A DNA stretch of 59,615 bases, counting the filler. It is 9 parts of 9 records of this genome, joined end to end, with 100 filler letters (N's around TTAATTAATTAA, not from the genome) between each part and the next. Parts side by side here need not be neighbours in the genome. Positions count along the whole stretch, not along the records: positions 48,738 to 53,743 come from SRR31156797_55985; positions 53,844 to 59,615 come from SRR31156797_56003; 7 more parts are not named here. One strand, given 5' to 3'. Positions 51,007-59,615 of this stretch are shown one piece after another; the stretch's first letter is position 1, and each line of letters begins with the position of its first letter. The translations under genes were made by a program, and so were the position numbers. Under the pieces are notes generated by a model, which was not told the origin of the DNA, made no database searches, and saw only the letters and a program-made list of their open reading frames with translations.

Positions 51007-51464
51007 AAAGAAATTGTTTGAAAATATTCCTCGAAATAAAACTTATTATACAGAATTAATATAAAGATGCAATCTTTACAAACTAAGCATCATGTAAATC
51101 CATAACTCGTTGTCGTCGTACGACTACTTTCCGATACAGAAAGTAATATATACTGATAATCAGGAATATAATAAAATGTGATACAAATGTGATACAAATG
51201 GGTCGCAAACAAACACAAACAAACGCAAAGCAAATCTAATGTTTAAGATGACATTTTAGGAAATATTTTCAAAACTTTCCATCTAACACTTCAACCTAAT
51301 TTTATTTCATATACCCTTCCGATACTTTCAGGTCTTCTAATATTTCAATCTTTCCGATTTTAATTGGTAAGGCAGATACCATTTTACCTAATAAGTGCTA
51401 ATTTTAGCCTTTTTATAGTTTAAAATATTACTTAAATACTATATCGGGTTGATATACAATATAT

Positions 51465-53027
51465 ATGACAATTAACAAACTAACATTAGATACATTAGAA
51501 TCTTGGCTGTGGGATTCTGCAAATATTCTTCGTGGTTCAATTGATTCATCAGATTTTAAGAACTACATCTTCGGGCTACTTTTCTTAAAACGTTCCAATG
51601 ATGTTTTTGAAGAAGAAGTAGAAAACAAAATGGAAGCTGAAAAGATTAGTCGTGAAGATGCGGAAGATGAAAGCTTCTTTCAACTACCTGAAGAAGCTAG
51701 ATGGAATAACATCACCAAGATTACTGAAAATATTGGTATCGCTTTAGATAAAGCATTTGCATCAATTGAACGTGAAAATACCAATCTTGAAGGTGTAATG
51801 ACTGCAACCAAGTTCGGTGATAAAGAAAAGCTTTCGGATGATGTATTACAGCGTTTACTAAGACACTTTAATCAACATTCATTGCGTAATGACCATCTTG
51901 AAAGTCAGGACTTATTGGGTGACGCATACGAATACTTAATTAAGCAATTTGCCGATGATGCAGGGAAAAAGGGTGGCGAATTTTATACACCATCGGGGGT
52001 GGTAAAGCTAATTGTAAACTTAATTAAACCACAACCAAGGCAAAAGGTATATGACCCGACTTGTGGTAGTGGGGGTATGTTGATTCAGGCATCTAAGTAT
52101 GTTTCAGAATTACCCGATGGGAAAGTTAATAATAACATCAACCTTTCTATTTACGGTCAAGAAAAGAATCTTGGAACATGGGCAATCGGTAAATTGAATA
52201 TGTTACTTCATAATTTTACTGATGCTGATTTACGTAAAGGTGATACATTGGTACAACCAAAGCATCTTGATGATAACAATGAATTGATGTTGTTTGATAG
52301 ATGCCTTAGTAATCCACCATTTTCCATCAGTGAATGGTGGGGGCCTGCTGAAGCTAATATTGAAACCAAGCTTGATAAGAACGGTAAAGAAAAGAAAGTA
52401 ACACCGAATTACGCTAAGGAAGTAACAGACCCATATGGTCGTTTACAATATGGAATACCACCACGTGGTTATGCAGACTTAGCATTTCTTCAACACCTTA
52501 TTGCAGTGCTAAAGCAAGATGGTAAAGCAGGTGTAGTTCTTCCACATGGTACATTATTCCGTGGTAGTAGTGAAGGTAAGATTCGCCAAGGTTTATTAGA
52601 AGCCGATTTAGTTGAAGGTATTGTTGGTCTGCCTAGTGCCTTGTTTTATAACACAGGTATTCCTGCTTCCATATGGATTATCAATAAAAACAAAACAGAA
52701 GCACAGAAAAACAAGGTTGTTATTATTGATGCATCAGGTGATTATAAGGAAGGTAAAAATCAAAACCAACTTCTTCAGGAACACATCGACAAGATTGTAA
52801 AGGCTTATGATGGATACACCGATGTAGACAAATATATGCGCATTGTTGATGTAGCGGAAATAGCTGAAAATGATTACAACCTTAATATTTCACGTTACAT
52901 TGATACATCTGAACCTGAACCCGAAGTGGATTTAGCACAAGTGAAAACTAACATTGCTAAACTGGAAGAAAAAGAAGCTGAAATTGATGCTAAGTTAGCT
53001 GAATACTTAAAGGAACTTGGGGTATGA
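51465..53027 (+). CDS. hsdM: Type I restriction-modification methyltransferase subunit M
   Basis: 'LW..A.ILRG', 'GEFYTP', 'DPTCGSGG', 'NPPF', 'YNLNISRY'. Confidence 0.95.
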   Translation: MTINKLTLDTLESWLWDSANILRGSIDSSDFKNYIFGLLFLKRSNDVFEEEVENKMEAEKISREDAEDESFFQLPEEARWNNITKITENIGIALDKAFASIERENTNLEGVMTATKFGDKEKLSDDVLQRLLRHFNQHSLRNDHLESQDLLGDAYEYLIKQFADDAGKKGGEFYTPSGVVKLIVNLIKPQPRQKVYDPTCGSGGMLIQASKYVSELPDGKVNNNINLSIYGQEKNLGTWAIGKLNMLLHNFTDADLRKGDTLVQPKHLDDNNELMLFDRCLSNPPFSISEWWGPAEANIETKLDKNGKEKKVTPNYAKEVTDPYGRLQYGIPPRGYADLAFLQHLIAVLKQDGKAGVVLPHGTLFRGSSEGKIRQGLLEADLVEGIVGLPSALFYNTGIPASIWIINKNKTEAQKNKVVIIDASGDYKEGKNQNQLLQEHIDKIVKAYDGYTDVDKYMRIVDVAEIAENDYNLNISRYIDTSEPEPEVDLAQVKTNIAKLEEKEAEIDAKLAEYLKELGV

Positions 53028-53743
53028 AAGAAGGGTATAAAGATTCAGCTTTAGGTGAAATACCTGTGGAATGGGAAGTTAAGAAACAAGTTGAAGTTGC
53101 GTCCTTTTTTAATGGACGTGCTTATAAATTAAGTGAATGGGAAAAGGAAGGTACACCAGTAATTCGATTGCAAAATCTTACTGGTAATGGTAAAGATTTT
53201 TATTATTCAAATCTAAAATTACCTGACCACCAATATTGTCATAATGGCGACTTATTATATATGTGGTCTGCTACTTTTGGTCCCGTGTGGTGGAAAGGTG
53301 ATAAAGCAATATACCATTATCACATATGGAAAATTGAACATGATGAATCAAAGCTTGATGCTAATTTTCATTATTACCTTTTAGATGAAGTAACACGTAG
53401 AATGAAAAATGAATCACATGGTTCAACAATGCTACATGTTACTAAAGGTGGTATGGAAAAATTAATTATACAGCTTCCACCCCTTCCCGAACAACAAAAG
53501 ATAGCATCAATACTTTCAATAGCAGACCAAAAGATTGAACTAATTGACCAACAAATTGCAGAAACACTGGAATTAAAAAAAGGGTTGATGCAAAAGCTAT
53601 TGACCAAAGGTATTGGTCATACCAAGTTTAAAGATTCTGCATTGGGTGAAATACCTGAAAGTTGGGATGTTGAATCAGGTGAAAATATCACTAAGAAAAT
53701 CACGAAGGGCGCATCGCCCAATGTCATTAAGATAAGGATTTGT
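53024..53743 (+). CDS. hsdS: Type I restriction-modification specificity subunit S (incomplete)
   Basis: Repeated 'KDSALGEIP..W', 'LPPLPEQQKIASIL', 'KKGLMQKLLT'; ATGA overlap with hsdM. Confidence 0.92.
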
Positions 53744-53945
53744 NNNNNNNNNNNNNNNNNNNNNNNNNNNNNNNNNNNNNNNNNNNNTTAATTAATTAAN
53801 NNNNNNNNNNNNNNNNNNNNNNNNNNNNNNNNNNNNNNNNNNNAAGCGATAAGGCCCAATCTTGGCGGTAAAAGATGGATAAAGTTTTTTTATTTGGTTT
53901 TTTATTGTAGCTTTGAGACGCATCCGAATATGGTTTAACCTTATT

Positions 53946-54893
53946 TTACATCCATTCAGACCACTCAGAAATTTGTTTCTGGCAGATCGTTTTCAGCCTC
54001 TGAACGTGAGGTTCATACATCTTTATAAGCTTTTGTTTAGTGGATTCCTTCATTTTTATCTCTTGTTGAGGCATTCGAAATAGCGATTCTGCTTTTAATT
54101 GCCAGCTTTTTCTTTTTTTGGGATCTTCAATGCATCGTCTGCCCGCGGCCCGTATCATTCTTACAAGCATCAGGTCCACCAAGCGCAGTCCGGAAAGCAT
54201 AGCCCAGGTTCTTGGCAGGGTAGTCCAGTTTTTGTTCATTCTTTTCAAATAGGAAAGATCGGGACGAATTTTGAGATCAAGGAACGAATAGATTTTTTCC
54301 AAGTTTACGATTGGATTGTTTTTAAATGACTCAAGCGTCACAAATAAAACGTTCTCTTCGCCGAATGCCTTTAAAAACCGTACAGCGGACTCATCGTAGA
54401 ATCCTCTACGCACGTAAGAAAGATGAAGCCGTGCATAGGCACTTTTCTTGCGTCGGTCTTCTTCCGTTTTGATGGCCTTCTCGAAAGTTAATTTTTCCCG
54501 CCCCTTACCGACTTCGTTCCAGTAGTGGGACCAGGCACGATCGATTGGATTCCTGAGGATAACGATAAACTTCGTATCCGGCAAAAAGTCTGCCATTCGC
54601 TTGTGGGCTGGCTGCCAGAAAAAATAGTCGGCACTTTTCTCACCGACGATCTTCTTCCCATTGGCACCGTTGAACACATTGGCATATTCATCAATACTGT
54701 GTTGTTGAATCCAACGATCAGGGTCAACCTCACCTTCCATCCATTTTTTCCGCCCTACCAGTTCATCGTCAATAAAATATGCCATATCGGTATGGGGATG
54801 CATAAATACCATCGGTTCATTCATAAAGTAGTACGCCAGCGTAGTGGTTCCGGATCGTCTTTCGCCTGCAATGATGAATGAAGGTAGTGGCAT
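53946..54893 (-). CDS. Sulfotransferase
   Basis: 5'-PSB-like 'GERRSGTT', 'GEKS', 3'-PB 'LRNPIDRAWSHY'. Confidence 0.88.
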   Translation of the reverse strand: MPLPSFIIAGERRSGTTTLAYYFMNEPMVFMHPHTDMAYFIDDELVGRKKWMEGEVDPDRWIQQHSIDEYANVFNGANGKKIVGEKSADYFFWQPAHKRMADFLPDTKFIVILRNPIDRAWSHYWNEVGKGREKLTFEKAIKTEEDRRKKSAYARLHLSYVRRGFYDESAVRFLKAFGEENVLFVTLESFKNNPIVNLEKIYSFLDLKIRPDLSYLKRMNKNWTTLPRTWAMLSGLRLVDLMLVRMIRAAGRRCIEDPKKRKSWQLKAESLFRMPQQEIKMKESTKQKLIKMYEPHVQRLKTICQKQISEWSEWM

Positions 54894-54946
54894 GGTACTT
54901 TGCTTTTAGAAATCAGATATAGCCTGATAAGGATTGATTTGTTATG

Positions 54947-56110
54947 CTAATAGGTTAATATCTTTTCAATTGACAGCTTCTGCTCGGCAACAATGCCCGC
55001 AATGCAAGTTCCAGCCTCTCCATCGCCATAAAGATTATCTGTAGACGGGCGGCCATTGTTGAGATGGAAACGGACGGCTTCGGTAATCACCTCTCGACGA
55101 TAATCCACATCGATCACATTTTTACCTCGTTCACGGGAATTCTGCCGGGAGCCGATATTGACGGCCGGCACGCCGAGAAAGGAGCATTCCCTGATGGCAA
55201 CGCTCGAGTTGCCGACGATCCCCCTGCTGTTATACAGAAGACGAAGGAAATCGTGGGGTTCCATATTCTTGAAATAGTGGATATTGGTCGGATTGTACTC
55301 TTCGCGAAACCATCGAATTCCTTTGGAAGTGCCGTCCGAACCGGCATCCACGTTGGGCCAGAACCAAAATGTCGGCATACCCAGATCATAGACAGCGGAC
55401 AGGGTTTCAATGACGAATTCCCGGGAACGCAGGTATTCCGTGGTCACCGGATGCTGCATCACCACCAGGTATCCATCCGAAATCGAGGGCATGGCGCCGA
55501 CACCTCCGTATTTCTCATACGGGTCGAAATCCAGTTCCGGTGATTGCAGTACCTGGGCGGCCAGGTCAATGGATGGGCACCCGGTTACGAACACCCGCTG
55601 CTCGTCCTCACCCATGCGGACGACCCGCTCTCTGGACTTCTCCGTGGATACCAGGTGCAGGTCCGCCAGTTTGGTAATGGAATGACGCACCTTCTCATCG
55701 ATGCTTCCGGTCACTTCGCCACCCTGAATGTGTATTAGCGGGATGTTCATGAAGCTTGCCGTCACTGCCGTCGCCATGGTTTCGTATCGATCGGCAATGG
55801 TGACAACACAATCCGGTTTGAGATTTCCAAACACGTTGGCCAGTTCCATGATCCCCAAACCCGTTGTGCGGGCCATGGCGTTCAGGTTCTCTCCCTCGAG
55901 CACATTGTATACTTTCGCAGCAATATCGAAGCCGTCTTTTTCGATAACGCGAACAGCTTCTCCATATCTGTCAAGCAGGGCCGATGCCGCTACAACAAGC
56001 AACAATTCGAGATCGGGATGCTCGACAATCGCCTGTAAGGCGGTTTTTATTCTTGAATAGCTCGGTCGAGCCGTAACCACAACGGCAACTTTTCGCTTTG
56101 GTTTATCCAT
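54947..56110 (-). CDS. neuC: UDP-N-acetylglucosamine 2-epimerase (hydrolysing)
   Basis: 'TARPSY', 'ADRYE', 'HIQGGE.TGSIDEKVRH.ITKL', 'HPVTTE', 'GNSS', 'YGDG'. Confidence 0.9.
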   Translation of the reverse strand: MDKPKRKVAVVVTARPSYSRIKTALQAIVEHPDLELLLVVAASALLDRYGEAVRVIEKDGFDIAAKVYNVLEGENLNAMARTTGLGIMELANVFGNLKPDCVVTIADRYETMATAVTASFMNIPLIHIQGGEVTGSIDEKVRHSITKLADLHLVSTEKSRERVVRMGEDEQRVFVTGCPSIDLAAQVLQSPELDFDPYEKYGGVGAMPSISDGYLVVMQHPVTTEYLRSREFVIETLSAVYDLGMPTFWFWPNVDAGSDGTSKGIRWFREEYNPTNIHYFKNMEPHDFLRLLYNSRGIVGNSSVAIRECSFLGVPAVNIGSRQNSRERGKNVIDVDYRREVITEAVRFHLNNGRPSTDNLYGDGEAGTCIAGIVAEQKLSIEKILTY

Positions 56111-57143
56111 CGAGATCTTCCTTTTTTAGCAACTCTCCCTTACGAACGGAATGCCTCAACACGCTTCCGATGACGCTTTCATATTCTTTGGCCGGAATGC
56201 CAACACCCGGCTTTTTGTATGTTAGATCACTCGGCTCCAAGCGCACATTGGCGTCCAAATCCTTGGCAGCAAAAATACTTTTGCTGAAAAGCTGCAAGGT
56301 ATCCGTCAATTGATCCGCTTGTTCGGCCTTTTTCACGGGATGGTGGATGGCTTTTCGAATGTCGCGAACGCCTTGTGACAACACCTGAAATTCATCGATC
56401 GTTACCGAAGCCGGGACATCCGGTCCAAAACAATCCTTTGAAAAAACCACATGCACTTCCACAAGATCCGTGCCGTACGCCGCTGCGGCCATACCCGCAG
56501 CAATGGACCCGGAGTGGTCGGAAAAACCGACCGGACATTCGTATCGATTGCGTAGGGTTTCGATGACATTGAGTCCCCATTTTTCAGGAGGGCACGGGTA
56601 ACTGGTCGTGCATTGAAACAGGGCAAAGGGACATCCCCACTGCCGAAGCCACCCCACGGACTCATCGATCTGCTCCCAAGGCGCCATGCCTGTGGAAAGC
56701 AGCACCGGTTTTCCGGTTTCGGCCATCAAGCGAAGCATCGGCTTTGTAGCAATCTCTCCCGAGGCGACCTTCCAGGCTGGCATACCGATATGATCGAGAA
56801 CGCGTACAGCCGGCTCCGAGAATGCCGAGGAGAGAAAAATCAGCCCGCATTCTCTTGCGTGGTCTGCCAACCCGGCCCATTGTTCAGCAGAAAATTCCAT
56901 TCTTTGCCAATAATCGAAACGGGTCTTGTCCTGATAGGAAAACCGGACCCGGAATGTTTCCAGGTCGGAAGACTCGGCTTCAGCGATATGTGTCTGAAAT
57001 TTAACGGCGTCCGCACCGGCCTTGGCCACTGCATCGATGTAGGCGTGCGCCGTACCCAGGCTTCCGTCGTGCGACAATGCAACTTCTGCGATCATCAGGC
57101 ATGGAAATGACGGTCCGACTTGTTTTTCCGCGATTGTTATCAT
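56103..57143 (-). CDS. neuB: N-acetylneuraminate (nonulosonate) synthase family with SAF domain
   Basis: 'IAEV..SHDG', 'VKFQTH', 'KVASGE', 'LSTGM', 'CTTSYP', 'GFSDHS', 'KKPG.GI'. Confidence 0.9.
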   Translation of the reverse strand: MITIAEKQVGPSFPCLMIAEVALSHDGSLGTAHAYIDAVAKAGADAVKFQTHIAEAESSDLETFRVRFSYQDKTRFDYWQRMEFSAEQWAGLADHARECGLIFLSSAFSEPAVRVLDHIGMPAWKVASGEIATKPMLRLMAETGKPVLLSTGMAPWEQIDESVGWLRQWGCPFALFQCTTSYPCPPEKWGLNVIETLRNRYECPVGFSDHSGSIAAGMAAAAYGTDLVEVHVVFSKDCFGPDVPASVTIDEFQVLSQGVRDIRKAIHHPVKKAEQADQLTDTLQLFSKSIFAAKDLDANVRLEPSDLTYKKPGVGIPAKEYESVIGSVLRHSVRKGELLKKEDLDG

Positions 57144-59335
57144 TCTTTCACCAGCACCCAGTCCTCACCCTGTTTCACGTGAGTTTCGCTCTCCTTGAAG
57201 ATTCTTTTTACCGGCACACCTTTCTCATAGAACCAGTGATCATATTCGATGGCCTTTTGTTCGTTTGGATATTTGTAATAAATAAATTCAGTAACAAAGC
57301 CAGCCTGATCGAAGTACTCCATGCTTATTCGGCGGCCATCCCGGTCAAAATGTAACCGTTCGGTAAGCTTACTGTTTTGATAGGTCCATTTTCGTGTCGT
57401 CTTGCCTTGAAAATTCAGATCTTCTCGTTGGGTCATATCCTGGCCGCGATATGCCTCCCTTTGAATCAGACCGTCATATCGGTGAACAACTTCTTTGGAC
57501 GCATGTTCTGCCATTGCCGCCTCTTCGGTAGTTACCTCTTTTCCATTCAGGATCCATCTTACTTGGGTCCAGGAGAAATCTGCCGGTTTTTCGTCAAGCA
57601 CCTGCAATACAGATGGTTTCGTGATCAGAACCGATGTGCTTAATGCACTTTGAAGCCCGCTCCACTCCACGGCCATGGCTTGATACGTACCCGCGTTTTC
57701 AAGTTGAAAAGTCTGGCCGGTTTGAATCGGCTCCTGCGTAATCCGTTGTCCATTTCTGAAGATGTGATAGCCAACGGTTTCAAAATGAGATTCACCCGGA
57801 ACTAATTGCAGGTTTTCTCCATTGGATTGAAGCCACGGTCGGTCCGGCTGACGGATGACAGCCACATATACATCGGTCTGGCGCTGATGCATCAACGGTG
57901 ACTCCTGATCCTGAATAACTTTGGACATGGTCTCGGATGGGACAAGCGAATCAAGATGCTTCTTTTCAAGGATGGCTGCATCGAAGGACTTGACATAGAG
58001 CCCTTTTTTTACCTGCATGATGCTGGTCCCATACAAACCGCGGGTAAGTTCAAGGAAGCGATTCACGGTTTTTTTCTTATATTCAATCACCTCGGCATGA
58101 ACGAGCAAACGGCCTGATTCGGCGAAACCATTGGTCGACGCCACCTCAATCAGCGTGTCCGTTGGCTTCACTGCCGATTCCAGCGGGGACGCCGGCCCCC
58201 CGGAGATGGGATAGTTGGATACAAAACATATCTTGGTACCGTCAGGGCTTCCCTTGGGATCGGGATCGTAGATATTCGAATTATCTCCTGCATCCTGCGG
58301 CAATGCAATCATGGACAACGGCTTCATGTACACCCAAGCATCACCGGATCGGAGATCGGCAACCACTGAATTGCTACAGACGAACCGCCCGGCTTTCCCG
58401 CAGGCAGAAATATCTCCTACGGATCCGAACGATAGAATATTGAGATTGCTTGGGTACGGCTCGCTCCACAACCGCCCACGGATCAACCCATCCCCCAGCA
58501 TCAAATACTCCCCGTTTCCCAACCAGGACATGTGGCTTTTTTGAATCATCGGAACAAATATCTTCTCCTGTCTGCCGTCAAGATCATACCACAGCCGAGT
58601 TGCGGAAAAAGGGGCATCACTATTACTTTGCCGGATAAACAGAACCGGGTTCTGGGGGTTCGGCATCGGTTGCGACCCTGTGATGGCTGAAAGGATTTCC
58701 ACTTCTGCATCCGCTTTGATTGGAACACGTAGCGTAGTATACGACCACGGCATTTCACAGGAACGCCGCTTGGCGTAAACCCACCGGTCTTCATTGTCGG
58801 TTTCGCCCTGACGCTCGACACCATAGGCCAAACGCCGCATTTTTCCACTGTTCACATCCATCCACATCAAGGCTGTTCCCATATTGCAAAGTTTTCCGAG
58901 ACTGTGATCATAACGCGTGTAAAACAACCAGTTGTTTCGGTTCGCCCAACGGGGATCGATGCCTTTACCGATCAAACGGTCCTCATGTTGGTTCAGATCA
59001 TACAGACGGATTGTTGCCGCAGAAGAATTCCCCGGAGCCTTACTACCCTCCCCCCCCCAATGGGTGTAGCACACATAACGTCCGTCGGGGCTCCAGCAAT
59101 CCACCGAGTGATAATTGGCGTGGTCTCTTACTGTGGGATCATCAGTAATCTTCCAAAGGGCTATATGGTGTCCGAGTTCAGGGCGCTGGAAAGCGACTAT
59201 GTTAGAAGCCTCCTGATTGAAAAATGCGATGATACCCGAAGGTGGGTCTGATGCAAATGCCGTTTTTTGAGCAAAGCAAGGAGTGACCGACAGGGATAGA
59301 AAGAAGAACACGAAGAGTTGCACAGGTCTGATCAT
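57140..59335 (-). CDS. Exported TolB-like beta-propeller protein with a repeat-rich C-terminus (731 aa)
   Basis: Signal peptide 'MIRPVQLFVFFFLSLSVTPCFA'; 'WSPDGRY', 'SPDGTKICFVSN'; ATGA overlap with neuB. Confidence 0.7.
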   Translation of the reverse strand: MIRPVQLFVFFFLSLSVTPCFAQKTAFASDPPSGIIAFFNQEASNIVAFQRPELGHHIALWKITDDPTVRDHANYHSVDCWSPDGRYVCYTHWGGEGSKAPGNSSAATIRLYDLNQHEDRLIGKGIDPRWANRNNWLFYTRYDHSLGKLCNMGTALMWMDVNSGKMRRLAYGVERQGETDNEDRWVYAKRRSCEMPWSYTTLRVPIKADAEVEILSAITGSQPMPNPQNPVLFIRQSNSDAPFSATRLWYDLDGRQEKIFVPMIQKSHMSWLGNGEYLMLGDGLIRGRLWSEPYPSNLNILSFGSVGDISACGKAGRFVCSNSVVADLRSGDAWVYMKPLSMIALPQDAGDNSNIYDPDPKGSPDGTKICFVSNYPISGGPASPLESAVKPTDTLIEVASTNGFAESGRLLVHAEVIEYKKKTVNRFLELTRGLYGTSIMQVKKGLYVKSFDAAILEKKHLDSLVPSETMSKVIQDQESPLMHQRQTDVYVAVIRQPDRPWLQSNGENLQLVPGESHFETVGYHIFRNGQRITQEPIQTGQTFQLENAGTYQAMAVEWSGLQSALSTSVLITKPSVLQVLDEKPADFSWTQVRWILNGKEVTTEEAAMAEHASKEVVHRYDGLIQREAYRGQDMTQREDLNFQGKTTRKWTYQNSKLTERLHFDRDGRRISMEYFDQAGFVTEFIYYKYPNEQKAIEYDHWFYEKGVPVKRIFKESETHVKQGEDWVLVKE

Positions 59336-59416
59336 CAAACCCGCAAGTATCCTTTTGGGTCCCTGTGAACAAACGATTTTTATGGATCGATGTAATTCGA
59401 AATCTTGAGAAACATT

Positions 59417-59560
59417 GTAGAAGTTGTCGATGTCATCCGTGTTGAAAAGAGATTCCCGAGGTTTAATACCATGGGCTTGGTCGTCTTCCTCCAGCAGCGG
59501 ATCTGCGAAGCAGGCACCGTCTATCCCTGTCATGCCGGTTATGAGGTCTTTTCTTCTCAT
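59417..59560 (-). pseudogene. gmd: Degenerate N-terminal relic of GDP-mannose 4,6-dehydratase
   Basis: 'LITGMTGIDGACFADPLLE....HGIKPRESLFNT..ID..Y' matches the Gmd start 'LITG.TGQDGSYLAE.LL.KGY.VHGIKRR.S.FNT.R.D..Y'. Confidence 0.7.
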
Positions 59561-59615
59561 ATTTCCATATACTTGATGGGGTTGCCGAAGGAGCGATGAT
59601 CAGTTGAAAAACGGT

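Noticed and set aside
51100-51128. Possible tRNA 3' remnant (CGTACGACTAC)
   Set aside because: No GTTCGA T-loop or acceptor stem can be reconstructed.

Overview
The window is not one locus. It is nine unrelated contigs joined by artificial 100-bp spacers (N-run + TTAATTAATTAA + N-run): 1-5372, 5473-10986, 11087-22055, 22156-28265, 28366-34175, 34276-40411, 40512-48637, 48738-53743 and 53844-59615. Most are ordinary chromosomal pieces; taxonomy is inferred from composition and gene content only. They are: a deltaproteobacterial-like TetR/acyl-CoA dehydrogenase/IcmF locus; an alphaproteobacterial-like region with cbpAM, OmpA, a hybrid kinase and cpdB; an IclR/GH26/penicillin acylase region; a uvrA/GGDEF/STAND-like ATPase pair; a Desulfovibrio-like tRNA/Na-Pi/MBL-rhodanese/PFOR region; a proXWV + LapG-like protease + degenerate HD-GYP region; a Bacteroidota-like AbiEii + type I R-M region; and a neuB/neuC/sulfotransferase cluster. 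The standout is the AT-rich contig 5473-10986. It holds five co-oriented gene cassettes with little room for promoters, each bounded by its own complementary GTT.../...AAC core pair and separated by hairpin recombination-type sites. These sites resemble integron attC but have non-canonical geometry. One is interrupted by a 108-bp MITE, and two others share a second, possibly attI-like motif. No integrase is in the contig, so the recombinase is unknown. All product calls come from motif recognition by eye, not database searches.
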